Below the pieces are notes generated by a model, which was not told the DNA's origin, made no database searches, and was given only the letters and a program-made list of their open reading frames with translations. From Paraspadella gotoi (lineage: Eukaryota; Animalia; Chaetognatha): a DNA stretch of 64,000 bases. The stretch lies in the NCBI GenBank assembly GCA_051294375.1, contig CM119266.1, positions 23,198,413 through 23,262,412 on the forward strand, written 5' to 3'. The translations under genes and the position numbers were made by a program. This document shows positions 1 through 12,719 of this stretch, one piece after another. Each line of letters begins with the position of its first letter. The first letter of the stretch is position 1.

Positions 1-30
1 ATTCTTTTAAGATTTTTTATTATTATATAG

Positions 31-298
31 GATTTAAAAACGGCAATGATTGAAAGACATATTAATGAGGAATACCGTGATAACGTATCTGAAAATATTT
101 TACATTTTATAAATGATTTCAATCGTATTTCCTGCAAAAGATGATGCTTATTTGCTTCAACGAATTCCTTTGCGGATGATTCAAATGAAAATACCCCAAA
201 CGTGGCAATGTTTGGGCGTGTTATTAAAGATGTTGATTTAAAAAAGAAACTATTAAGCTCCATGCAATGGCAATATTTTACTCCTGGAACACGACTTG
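31..298 (+). CDS. Exon of a multi-repeat CNBD ion channel (CNGK-like): C-linker and start of a cyclic-nucleotide-binding domain; locally frame-disrupted
   Basis: AG acceptor at 29-30 and GT donor at 299. Reads DLKTAMIERHINEEYRDNV...VAMFGRVIKDVDLKKKLLSSMQWQYFTPGTRL, resembling the CNBD start (F..PG). There is an in-frame TGA at 142-144, while the alternative frame there reads LLQRIPLRM (C-linker LP..L-like). Confidence 0.6.
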
Positions 299-392
299 GT
301 AATAATATAAATAAAACTAAAAAAATACAAATAACATTACATTTAAACTATCAGGTTTAGTAACACTTTTTATCAGTTTCTGTTATACAAAT

Positions 393-648
393 TTTTTAGC
401 CAGATCTGCTTATCAGCAGATTCCAGCTCTATAATTCACTTTGTCGGTCTGTCGGTCGCTACCAATTATCTTGTCGGTAAATCACATATATCATCAAATT
501 ATGGGAAATTATGCAAAAAAAATTATGTCCTCATGTGCGGATGGGGCGATTGACTTGAAATTTTGTCTGTGTGTAAAAAAGTGCGTGATTAAGCAGGAAA
601 TGAGTTTAAATGGAAAAACCAAAAACCTGTTTCACTATTTTAATATGC
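393..648 (+). mobile_element. DINE-1/Helentron-like non-autonomous element, family A, 5' fragment
   Basis: Poly-T, then a GATCTGCTTATCAGCAGAT hairpin and core shared with the copies at 31894, 45990 and 50196. Confidence 0.65.
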
Positions 649-1270
649 TTTTTTATCGAGCCATGACCGGCGAAGCCGGTTCAGGCTCTATAATGTTTTA
701 GGTTTGCTTCTTTGTGACGTAGTCGTCGTCGTCGTCGTCGTCGTCGGCGTCACGCTGTTTTTATATAAAAACTACTACGCTTTTATAGGTTTGGCTGTAA
801 CTTACGTTTTTTTTTAAATAAAAATTATTGTGAATTATGATAAAGTTTTACAAAAGTGTGCGATCATAGTAAGTTAAAAATTTAGATATGGCTTTTCATC
901 TTGAAATAGCTGTGATATTTTCATATTACATTTGGATTTAAGTATTTTTTGTTTGAATTTCCACTTCATTATGATTTACTGCAATATGCAAATGAGATAA
1001 AAGTACTCATTATAACATCCAAATTAGTATATAGAAATGCTTTAATCTAATTTACATATTGCAGTATATAATATTGAAGATGAAATTCAAAAATTTTTTT
1101 TTAAAAATATAATAAAAATGGGAACTCAAATTATCTTTTTAATGAGAAGCTATATCTTAATTTTAATACAAATAAAATAAAATCTTTTACAAGCTGCGAT
1201 TGAAAAAATTGGAAAAATTTCCAATTGTAAACAATTGTAACATATTTTTGCCTTTCTTTTATTTCTTTAA
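649..1270 (+). mobile_element. DINE-1/Helentron-like element, family B
   Basis: Starts with a TTTTATCGAGCCATGACCGGCGAAGCCGGTTCAGGCTC hairpin followed by (GTC)n. Near-identical inverted copy at 16037-16716 and a 5' fragment at 19240-19357. Confidence 0.6.
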
Positions 1271-4252
1271 ATTACATATATATATTTCTTTTTTAGAGAC
1301 TGTACAGCGGCCTTCCAGCAGCTGTCCAGCTTTGTTTAAATATCTTATATTTTGTTATCTTTGAACGCTCTAATGGTGGCGAAACCTTCGTCGCCACAAA
1401 ATAATAATTTATTCATAATGAATTAGCACAGTACTTCGAAGACTTCTGTCTTCCTCCAAGGTGCAAACATAAAATTAAAAATTTTTTTGTATCTATTAGG
1501 TTCACATAACTTGCTTCACAGAAGTCTCTTCCCTCTCACTATTTTTAATCATATAAGTTTCTTCTTCTAAATTTCTATTGTTAGTTGGAAACCTGTTCCT
1601 TCTTAGTCTTAAGGCTTAACTACTTCTGCCCCCTGTGGTGAAACTTTTTGTAGTAGAAAAATTAGCAATAATGTGTAAACTTTGCCACAATTTAAAGGAA
1701 TTTTATAGATAACCCCAGATTTTTCTTATTTTTCTAAAGAGTCATTTAAATTTACTAATTTGTTCTTGCTAGAAAATTAAATTAAAAATGTCTAGTTTGG
1801 ATTGTTTAAAACTTTTTAAATTTTGTCCAAGGATAATATTATATCACTCCAAAAAAATAAATAGCATATGATTAAAAAATATTTTTTTGTCTGTTTCATA
1901 CAGAATTTTTAATACCAGTAATTTTTGGATTTAGTCAAAAGTAAGTAAATATAGCAGTCAGTATTACTAAAAAATTATTATAATTGAGAAGGATACAACT
2001 GACCAGTAGCTCTAAAAAGCATCATGAACAATTATTTAAAAATTATGTTTATTATGCTAAAAAAAATTCAATGTTAAAATTTTTTTAATATATTTAATTT
2101 TATAAATTATTTATTTTCTATGTCAAAACATAATCATAATAAACTTACTATATATGTATTTGAAGGCCTATATTAGGTAGGTAAGTCCCTTATAATATAA
2201 AATTTTTCTTCAATCATTTGGCATAGTTATAATTTTTTTTAATTTAATTTATTTGAAAAAAAATTAAATTAATATTTTAATAAAGAAAAATTAATTACAA
2301 ATAAACTATTAAAGATAGAATAAAGGTTATGGACTCAAACGAAAGGGAATTGTTTATAAATCATGGATAATGCATAATATTTTCATTTTTTTTATTCTAC
2401 TTTATTGATTTTATATAGCTAATTTTAATATTAAGTTATAAAAAAACTGTCATTAGGAAAAATTTGATTACCCTTTTTTTGTGTAGCCCAAAGGTCCGGA
2501 AACGTATCCTGGGACATCTCATTCTTGTGTACTCCATTCCGACTAAATCGATGTAAAACGGAACCGTGTTTATCTTGTCGAAAATGACGATTTTTAATGT
2601 ATATAAAATTGTCATAAAAAGAAAAACAATTATAAGTTATGATAAATCAAATTATTAAAATTTTATAAGATTTACATAAGCTTTTGAAATATAAAAATAA
2701 AGACTTATAAAAATATTTTGGTAAGTTTATTTCTAAATTTAATATTTTATAAAAATTTAAATTATTTTATTTAATAATAATTATGAGTAAAAATTAGTTT
2801 AAAGTTAAAGAATAATAATTCCAAAATTGTATTCATGGATTTGTATTCCTTGCAAAAAGTTGATATAAAAAATATAATTTTTATTCTAAAATTATGTCAT
2901 TAAGTTGGTCAAAATTTAGAAAAACTATAATTTTAAGTAGAGCCAAACTTTGTCAATGGGGTGGGTCAGAAGTTTGATTTGGGAACCTTCCCAAATGAAA
3001 CTTCATACATTTCCGAGAAAACTTTCAATGGACCAAAATTTTCTAAAATAGCTAGAAGCACTAGTAATTAATTTTTTAATATTTATTTATAGATAGGAAA
3101 TGTCAAAAAATTTTTTTTGAGTTTTATATTTTTAAAAGCAGATTCAGATAGCTTATAAAAAGTTGTCTACACAAAGTATAATTCTTTTTTCAATATTTTG
3201 ATGATAAGTGGGTCATAATTGGGAAAAACCTGGAAAAATCCTCCTCATCATCATCATCCGATAATTTTAGCAGTTTTTGCTAATTTTCAGTAATAAAACA
3301 TTAAAATTTTAAAAAGTTGTAATTACATTTTTTGCTTAACTTTTTGAGCTTTATCAGAATCAATTAAAAAAACTTGAAATATTCAAAAAAAAATTTTTAC
3401 ATTATATAGCAATATACTAATTTTAATTAACAAATTACTCATGGTTCGGAACATTTTTGCAAAAAAATATTTTAACACAATAACTAATACCAATAATGGA
3501 TTCGTTTAATACTGTTCCCATTAAAATTTGAATTTGGACGGCTACCGCTATTTTAAGCCAAAAATTTAAAAATTACATAAAAAAAAAAAAAATTAACATT
3601 TTTAACCACTTAATAAAAGAATTTGTTAAAATGATTATACTTTCTTATATCAACTTTTTGTAAGGAATTCAAATCCGGTTTTAAAATTTTAAAAATTTAA
3701 TTTTTTCATTTTAGCTTATTTCTTATTATTATTTATTATTAAATATAGCTAACAAACAGTTAATAAAATATAAAATTTGTAAATAAACTTACTGAAATAT
3801 TTATATATTTTTTATATTTAATACCAAAAACAGTATTAACATAATCATAAACAGTAACAGTGTAAAAGACTGGAAAACTAAACTATGTATTGAAATTCAA
3901 TAAAAACAAAAGACACTAACGTTTAAAAGACTGGAAAACAAGTAAAAACTAAAGTACATATTGAAATTCAATAAAAACAAAAGACGCTAACGTTTAAAAT
4001 CATTAAAAAATGTTATGAACTAATTCATAAGAAACTAAAATATATTTGTGGGTCTTTATTTTCATATTATGTAAGCTAAATATAGCTTTTATAAAATTTT
4101 AATAATTTGAATTTCTTATACTCTACAACGTTTGTTGCATTTGAATAGTCATGCTTCTAGGCGGGGTGAACCTTGGCAATGCCCGACTACATATACAATT
4201 ACTATACTTTTGTTTTGCATCGATAATAATTCCGGATCGATTCGTTTTTCAG

Positions 4253-5003
4253 AAGTAATACCATGATTAGTCTCACTTACGTTCAAGTCGCACGAATGTG
4301 CAAGACAAGTTTTGAAAAAATTATTTCGGAACATGCCCGGGATAATTATGTATATCATTATGTTAAAGGAGTTATGGATCCTCTAATTATTAATATGAAA
4401 ATTCGAACAAAAAAAGATAGAATAACGCAGATTCGGCATGAGGCCGCAGTAGATCGGTTCACTTCAACCTTGGCATCAAAACAAAAACGCTTGGATACAC
4501 GTTTATTTATTCTTTTGAAACAAAAATATACTGAAAATTGGAATACTCAACAAAAACTTTTTTTCATGGCGGGACATTTTTTTCGGATCAGCTATTTTGA
4601 GGAAGTGATTGCATATATCAAGCTTATTAAGACGTTATCGCTATTGTGGGTGTTACCTCTTATGTATTTTTATAATATTTTTTCATTAAGTTTTCAAATA
4701 ATTGTTGGAATCATTGGAGTTATCGCTTTCTTAGCATCTTATATTGATTTTCATACTCCATTTTGGATCGAAGAGACGGGTGTCGAGATTTCTGTTCCAA
4801 CCATCATCTTCAATCACTGGTTTAAACGTTACTTTGTATTTACAATATTAATGAAATTTCCTTTTGAAACATTCTTTTTGTGGTGTAATTTAACTGTTGT
4901 TAATGGAATAAGATTAATTAGACTATGGCACTTCTTTGACCTTATGGGAAAATTAGGAAGAATAAAAGCAAATCAGAGCGCCGCTTTTGGTACAGTTATG
5001 CAG
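4253..5003 (+). CDS. Exon of CNGK-like channel: end of a CNBD followed directly by S1-S4 of the next repeat
   Basis: Covers ORF 4263-5108. (R)SNTMISLTYVQVARMCKTSFEKIISEH resembles a CNBD end. DFHTPFWIEETGVEISVPTIIFNHWFKRYFVFTILMKFPFE resembles the S2-S3 linker of CNBD channels, and GIRLIRLWHFF resembles S4. TTTTTCAG acceptor at 4252 (alternative at 4148); CAG/GT donor at 5003/5004. Confidence 0.75.
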
Positions 5004-5655
5004 GTATATTTTTTTAAAGATATATACATGGTGACAATTTTACAAGCGCCGGTAAAAAAACGCTGTCATTTTCAAACCAGTGGTTATTTCATTGATTTTA
5101 AAAATTAGTTGAGTAGAAAATATTAAAGTCATTTATGTGTTAAAATTTCATATTAATCAGTTAGGATATGCCTTGACAATGAGTGGAGAAAGTTGGCTTG
5201 TAAAATCGGGTTTCATTTTCAAATTTTTTTTGCAACTTTTAGCACTTTTTTAAACAAAGTATTTAATAAGATATTAACAATATTAATATCCTCAGTCCAG
5301 CAATCTTGTCGGGCATTAACTTAAATCATGTCAGAACATCGAATTATGATAAATTATGCAAAAAAAACATTTCCATCTGTCGGTCTGTCTGTAGGTCCGT
5401 CCGTACGTCTCCCTTAGCAAAAAACTTACTCTTGATTGGATGAATGAATGAAATGAAAGTTTATGTGTGAGAAAGAAACTGTGTGATTGAGCTGGATATA
5501 AAGTTTCGATGGAATCGTGAGAGTGCAAATGAGTTTAAATGGAAAAAAATACATAGGTCACATTTACTTAAATATTTTTACTAATTTTAACCCATAATTA
5601 CTAGAATTAATCATAATAGGATGAAATGTTGTGTGTGGGTAGGAAAGTGTGTGAT

Positions 5656-5840
5656 TATGGTGGACTAAAATCCACTAACCGTTCATCAGCGGCTATTGGT
5701 GCCGGAGGCAAGTCATTCGCCTCCCAACCCAAAGGTCAGTGTTCTAGCCCGGTGGTCGCTTAGCAGTTAAGAGGGACGGGGCGCTTAACCCGCCTGTAAC
5801 ACAGTGTTACAGGCTGATCCGAAGCTTAGGGACTGCTTAT
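5656..5840 (+). mobile_element. 3'-truncated LTR of the tRNA-containing TRIM
   Basis: TATGGTGGACTAAAATCCAC start plus the tRNA-like module; matches 41230-41463. Confidence 0.75.
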
Positions 5841-6049
5841 GACGCAGAGACAGATCACGCTTAATTTGCTTCCCACCCTACTTATGATCATTTTTACTTC
5901 ACTCGTCGCCATATTTGATTCATAATCTTTTAGCTATAGTTGTTGTTTGGTACTCGGAGACCTAAGGTACTGTCTCCATGAGTGTCAACCGCCCACAAGA
6001 AGGGCAATAGGGTCAGGAAAAGAATAAATCTGACAAAAAGTCCCGAAAA

Positions 6050-7290
6050 ATGGTTACAAAAAATTGTAGTAGCGTTATGTTATGAGCCTTGGTTACCTGA
6101 CGAATATACATAATGAGCTTTAACAATAGATATTCATTATCTACAGAAAAAGAGCAATATTTCAGACCTATTATTAAATAATTTTTTATCTGGGAATAGT
6201 ACAAAAAATGCAAATGACTTATGATACTAGAATTACAAAAGAATTTTTTCTTTTTATCTATATTTGAACTTGTTCATTGTAATAGACCATCATCATCAAC
6301 AGCAAAGATTTTCAAAAAGATTTTTCGAAAGAGCAATCTTTTGCCAATATGCATGATAAATTTGGCTGCTTAATATGCAAGAATAATATGCTAAATTAAT
6401 TTTTAATTATTGAAGAAGATAGAATAATTCAATTTTTGAAAAAAACATTTTTGTGTTCAGAATTTTAGATCTAGACTATGAACCAAAATTTTGAATTTTG
6501 AAAAATATCAGATTCAAGGCATTCGATTTTGGAACAATCTGATGTTTTTCGTTTTTTGATATCTTTATTTTTTATGCAAAACTAAAATTCTGAATGACCA
6601 TTGGTCAAGTCGAATATTTTTTTCCAAATCTTTCAAGCTTTGTATAAAATTTTGTATAAAAAAAATGATAAAAGATTAAAATAAAATAAAATTTAAAAAG
6701 TATATGTTTGTATTTGTATTTTTGTTTTTTTGTTTCCAGTTAAAAATAATGAAAAATGATTATTTTTTTTCACAGACAAAAAGATAGACAACAAACTGTT
6801 TATATTAAACTGAAAATAACTTTTAATTTATAATTTTACATATTTAAAATAACATTTTATCATGCTACTATATGTATTTTTGCTTGGTTTTTACTTTAAC
6901 TAAAAAATACATGCAAATTTATGGAGTAAAAAAGCTTTATTGGTAATCAAAATGTAATTCAATCTTTCCTTTTTCCAAATCCGAAAGAAAAACAAAAAAA
7001 TTAATATGCCTTCATTAAAATTTTTAACTCCGAAAACTGTTATACTTTTAACTAGGTTTTAAACAAATCCTGTCTTAACATTTTTGAATAAAATTTATAG
7101 AAACTAGTTTAGAAAGGTGCCCTATGATTAGGGCTTTAATTTGATACCACGCCCACCATCCTATCTCTTTTTTTTCTAAAGTTATGCAAAAAAATAACTT
7201 TTTTATCATCGGAGAACTAAGGATTTGACCTACGCAGTACAAATCGTTGTTAAATAAAAATTTCGGCAAAGCGGGAGTATCTCAATTTAT
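6050..7290 (-). repeat. Diverged copy of a ~1.5-kb AT-rich interspersed repeat (also 39720-41229 and 61590-63225)
   Basis: Shared blocks such as TGAGATACTCCCGCTTTGCCGAAATTTTTATTTAAC and TGGTATCAAATTAAAGCCCTAA in inverted orientation. Confidence 0.55.
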
Positions 7291-7324
7291 CCTATTTTGT
7301 ATTATACCTAATATTTTAAAATAC

Positions 7325-7552
7325 AGTTGAGCAACACAATGTCGGATCTGCCTACCGATTATTAATTAATTAAATTAATCGATTAATTAATTAATTATAT
7401 TAATTAATTTTAATATGTAATAATAATTTTAAATTTATATTCAACTTATCATCATCGATGTCCTTAAATTTGGGTTAGGACAGTTATTAAATATGTTTTG
7501 TTTACATTTTAAAACAAAACAACAATATCCTCTATTTTATTTTATGTCTCCT

Positions 7553-7585
<33 letters not shown>

Positions 7586-8804
7586 GTCTCTCTCATCTCG
7601 TCTCTCTCTCTCTCTCTCCTCTCTCTCTCCTCTCTCTTCTCTCTCTCTTTTATGCCAATTGCGAACGATCTTTTAGCTTTTAAGATTTTTTTTAACTTGC
7701 ATCATTTTTTCAACAATTAATTAATTAATTAATTAATACTTTTATTAGTAATCATTAATATTAAAGATTCTAGTAAATGTGACTTATGTTTTTTCCATCT
7801 AAACTCATTCTCCACTGGCACAATTCCGTCAAAACTTTTATATAATTATTATATATTAATAAAATATACATTGAAAATCGATTTAGTAGTAAAAGGAAAA
7901 AAAAAATTTTTTAAAGAGAACTAGAAGTTATAAAAAATGTTCAATTTTGGCCCGCCTTACTAGATATTAGGCCGGAAAACAGGTTGAAAACTAGAAGTTC
8001 TCTAAAATAAATAATGGTTAAGCCGACTATTAAAATATATGAAAATGAAAATAATTTTTAAAATTTTGTTTATCAATTTTTTTTTATAGATTCTGTTAGA
8101 GCTTTAAAAGTTAGATAAAGGTTATTAATACAACTTTTTAAATTTTTTTGTTTTATTAATAAAAAATTAAAAATAAAATTCAACCAATAATGATGATGAT
8201 GATGATTTTTTAAGGTTTTTTCTATTTTTAACCAATTTATTGTCAAAAATTTGAAAAAATTATAGTACTAACTTTCATTTAACTTTTTAAGCTCTACAAA
8301 AACCGTTCTTAAAAAATCAAATTTTTAAATTTTTTTTGTCATTTGTTATATATTAATAAATATTTAAAAGCTTCAGTGCAACAACCCAATGAACTAATTC
8401 AAAAAGTTACATTGAAAATCGATTTAGTAGTAGAAGGAAAAAAAAAATTTTTGAGAGAACTAGAAGTTATAAAAAGTGTTCAATTTTGGCCCCGCCATAC
8501 TAGATATATTGCATGTGATTAAACAATGTTATCAGAATAATAATTTTATCAATTTTATGTATTTTGTAAGTATTTCAAAGTATTTTTATTCAGTGAGTAA
8601 AATAACAACTTTTTTATTCGCTAATTTTTATCTCGGACTCTCTCTCTCTCTTTCTCTCTCTTCTCTCTTTCTCTCTCTCTCTTTGCAATTGCGACGATCC
8701 TTATGCTCATTTTTCTGCTCTCTTTCTCTTTCTCTCTCTCTCTCTCTTCTCCTCTTCCTCTCTCTCTCTTTGCAATGGCGACGATCCTTATACTCATTTT
8801 TGTG

Positions 8805-8864
<60 letters not shown>

Positions 8865-8935
8865 TCTCTCTCTCTCTCTTGCAATTGCGACGATCCTTAT
8901 GCTCATTTATCTGCTCTCTTTCTCTCTCTCTCTCT

Positions 8936-8989
<54 letters not shown>

Positions 8990-9022
8990 GCAATTGCGAC
9001 AATCCTTATGCTCATTTTTCTG

Positions 9023-9057
<35 letters not shown>

Positions 9058-10235
9058 TCTCTCTTGCAATTGCGACGATCCTTATGCTTTTAGGATTTTT
9101 TAACTTGCATCATTTTACTGCTTGCATCATTTTTAAACTTGCATAATTTTTTAACATTAATTAATTAATTATTAATTAAAACATTTATTAGTAATCATAA
9201 ATTAGTAATCATAAATAATAAAGATTCAAGTAAATGTGACTTATGTTTTTTCCATTTAAACTCATTTCCACTGGCACAATTCCGTCACAAAATTTAATGT
9301 AAAAAAGTAAAAGATTCAAGTAAATGTGACTCATATTTTTTTTCATTTAAACTCATTTCCACTCGTACGTTTCGGCATCGTTACACATTTTCTACCCACC
9401 AAAAAATTTGAACTTCCATCCAATTATGATTAATTAGAATATTTATTGGTTAAAATAAGTAAAAATATTTTAGTAAATGCGATTATGTTTTTTCCACTTA
9501 ACTCATTTCCACTCTTACGATTCCGTCGAAACTTTATATCCAGCTTTATACACACTTTCCTACCCACACACAAAATTTCATTCCAATCCAACCAGCCAAT
9601 CACGAGTTATTGGAGCTTTTTGCTAAGGTGGGACGGATGGCGGATTGATTGACTGTTAAATAATTATTGATTAATTAATGGACTAATTGATTAATTAACT
9701 GATTAATTATTTGATTTATTATACATCCTGCATATACATTTAATTTAAAAGGAAAAAGAATCATAATCAATTAGTGAAACAGGCTTTTTGTTTTTTTCCA
9801 TTTAAACTCATTTTCACTCAAACGATTCCATCGAAACTTGATTTCCTGTTCAATCACACACTTTCTTACCCACATACAAAATTCCAGGTCAATCGCCGCC
9901 TTCACTCATGAGCAATTGGCGTTCAAATAGTGAAATATATTTTTTTGTTTTTTCCATTTATACTCATTTCCACTCGGACGATTCCATCGAAACTTCATAT
10001 CCAGCTCAATCACACACTTCCCTTCTCACACACAAAATTTCATTCCAATCCATCCATCCAAACACGAGTAATTGATGTTTTTTGCTAAAGTGGGACAGAC
10101 GGTTTTTTTTTTTTGCATAATTTATCATAATTTGATGTTCTGACATGATATAAGTGAATGCCCGACAAGATTGAGGGGGCGGACCGACGGACCGACAAAG
10201 TGAATTATAGAGTCGGGATCTGCTGAAAGCGGTTT
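7325..10235 (-). mobile_element. DINE-1/Helentron-like family A element, ~2.9 kb
   Basis: Both termini present (GTCGGATCTGC subterminal inverted repeats). Internal ~100-bp subrepeats and (CT)n blocks. Long inverted homology to 47260-49381. Confidence 0.7.
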
Positions 10236-10259
10236 TTTTACCAGAATGCAAAATCTGAA

Positions 10260-10700
10260 GTTGCTATAACGAATAATTTGGCCACACTCCCATTTGAAAT
10301 CTGTGTATATTGTTTGGTGCTTGAGTAATTCATAGAGCGATCCACCTTGTTTCAGGCAGTCAGTGTCCTTTACACAGTGCTATTTATACACGTAATATCA
10401 TGTTTTTGGCTCCTTCTTACATGTTATCCTATCACTAATTTTGAAGATGGACAATCCTGTACTAGATGCAGGTTTTTTGAATGGAGGTAAAAAGTAGGTC
10501 CAGATCTTGGTGTAGCGGTTATTTTACATAGTTCATGCTTGGTACAGTAGTATCCGTCAAAATTTTTTTAGACGGCAAGCTGAGTAACTTTAGTATAAAT
10601 GATAATTTGTAAACGAGTTTCTGTCTTGATATCGAGTACTCATATGGCTACTGCCCCTTCGGTAAGCCATTGCTCTAGGACCACTTATTATGTTATGGGT
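10260..10700 (-). pseudogene. Decayed LINE APE-endonuclease fragment
   Basis: Remnant motifs EGAVAI, YFLPP and LVIG in APE order; homologous to 17495-17575. Confidence 0.4.
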
Positions 10701-10783
10701 CATAGCAGTTTATTGTATAAGTTTACCTTGAGTGGGATTCGAATCCGTCCATGCCATGACGCCTCATAGTCCTAGTTCTTTAA

Positions 10784-11555
10784 GAAAAAGGGTCATTCAA
10801 ATCAACTTCAAAATAGGCCAGAAAGCTGATCTCCTGCCGATTCCGAAAATGTATTCACTTTAAATATTTGATGCATTCTACGCCATTTTATATCGGTTTT
10901 AATTATAATATAAAATAAAAGAAACCTATCTGAAGAGTTGCAGGTCAAACAAAAAAGCCAATCCATCTGATGAAATTGGTACAACCAATAAAAAAATTAT
11001 CCATTCATTTATTTTTTATGAATTTTTTATCAGTAAATTCGAAAAATGTAATAGAGAGACATTTTTAAATTTCAACTTGTATCATTGAAAATGAAACATT
11101 TTTAAACTTTAACCCTGAATTCTTCATAACTGGAACGCGTTTATCAAAATGTCTCTCTATTACATTTTTACAAATGTTTTTAAGATTGCTAATCAAATTT
11201 TTAAATCAACTCTTCAAATTCAGAATAGATTCATTGTAGCTCAAATTTTTTTACTATCTATTTAACTGAAGATTTTGTTCATGACTGGAAAACCAACAGA
11301 GTAACAAGATTAATTGTTTAATTCTCCTCTTCTAAATTATCCCTTACCGTGTTTTAACTTCTTACCTAGAATTTTTTAACAATCAGATTTTATTATTAAT
11401 AATAAATATTAATAATAAAATCGTTGTAACAATTCAAAATTCCTTGTAAATCTCTATACAACAATCAGATTGAAAAACTAATCTTTAAAAAATGTGCTTA
11501 CCCATTTAACTTTTGTTATTTACCGATTTAACAAAATGATTGAAAACAGAATATT
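10784..11555 (+). mobile_element. Partial copy of TTAA-targeting non-autonomous DNA transposon (Kolobok-like)
   Basis: TTAA then GAAAAAGGGTCATTCAA; colinear with the complete copy at 44392-45208. Confidence 0.7.
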
Positions 11556-12603
11556 TACATATAATAGAGATGAGCATCGTTCGAATCGAAGCTCCGATCA
11601 AGATTCCTTTAATTTTCACTTCTATCAAACTGCATAGTCAAGGCCAAAACAAATTATGTCAATATAGGCAGATTTCGAAAGCTTGGCGTCTTGGGAAGCC
11701 AATGGAGGTAGAGCGCGATCGAAATTCCACATTTATCATGCTGGGGATGTGCATGTTTCTAAACTATTTAGTAATTTTAAATGAATTTGGTACCGGATCG
11801 ATAGAAAATTCAAAATATTATCTACATACAAAATTTCATCAAAATCGGATAATCCGTTCAAAAGTTATGGCAAAAAAACGATCTCGAAATCGCGCTTCGA
11901 ATCGATCAACTTTCACTTAAAATCGAACTCGTTTTTGATCCAATAAGGATTTGAACTACGCGTAGTACTAAGCTTTAAATCGGTAATCGAGATTAGGCGC
12001 AATCCGGGCCTCGTAAGAAGTAATTGAAGAAGCGAAACAAGGAAAAGAGGTAATCATTAGAAAGGTAAATGATAAAAATAATAAAATGTATAACAGAATA
12101 TGTAAGATAAAATCATAAGAGAACAAACAAGTTATCAAATGCAAAGTATAGCGAGTGATTCTGCCAGCAAATTATCTATTTAACTAACGTCAATTATAAT
12201 TTAATATCGTTAATTCAAGATCAGGAATTAAAGATTGAGAATTCACTATCGTCACTTCACGATTAATTTTTCATTTTTGAATCATTTTCAATTTGAGAAA
12301 ATTAATTTGACTATGATAACAATAAAACTATGATTTAAAAGAAAATGATTGATTATGACAAATTGATGAAATGAATAAAAATTAATTAAACTAATAACGA
12401 TGACGATGGTTAAATATTTAAAATTTGTCATATCTGAATCCTTATTTTATATAATAAGTTTGAGCAAAACAATATCGGATTTGCCTACAATAATTTAGTG
12501 CCAATTCAGCTAAAAAGTATGCAAATTGAAAAAAGTATGCAAGTTGAAAAAGTTATGGCAAGTTGAAAAAGTATGCAGATTGGAAAAAATGTATGCAAAG
12601 AAT

Positions 12604-12703
12604 NNNNNNNNNNNNNNNNNNNNNNNNNNNNNNNNNNNNNNNNNNNNNNNNNNNNNNNNNNNNNNNNNNNNNNNNNNNNNNNNNNNNNNNNNNNNNNNNN
12701 NNN
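12604..12703. other. Assembly gap
   Basis: Run of 100 N. Confidence 1.
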
Positions 12704-12719
12704 AAAGAGAGAGACTAGA

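Noticed and set aside
142-144. Selenocysteine or stop-codon readthrough at the in-frame TGA
   Set aside because: The alternative frame fits the C-linker motif better and indel noise is evident elsewhere; no SECIS evidence is available.
7493-9146. ORFs rich in SL/ER dipeptides (also 19185-20009, 47709-48181, 49440-49700, 51330-51569)
   Set aside because: Translations of (CT)n/(GA)n microsatellites.
11540-11920. 126-aa ORF
   Set aside because: No recognisable domain or splice pattern; lies in repeat-like sequence.
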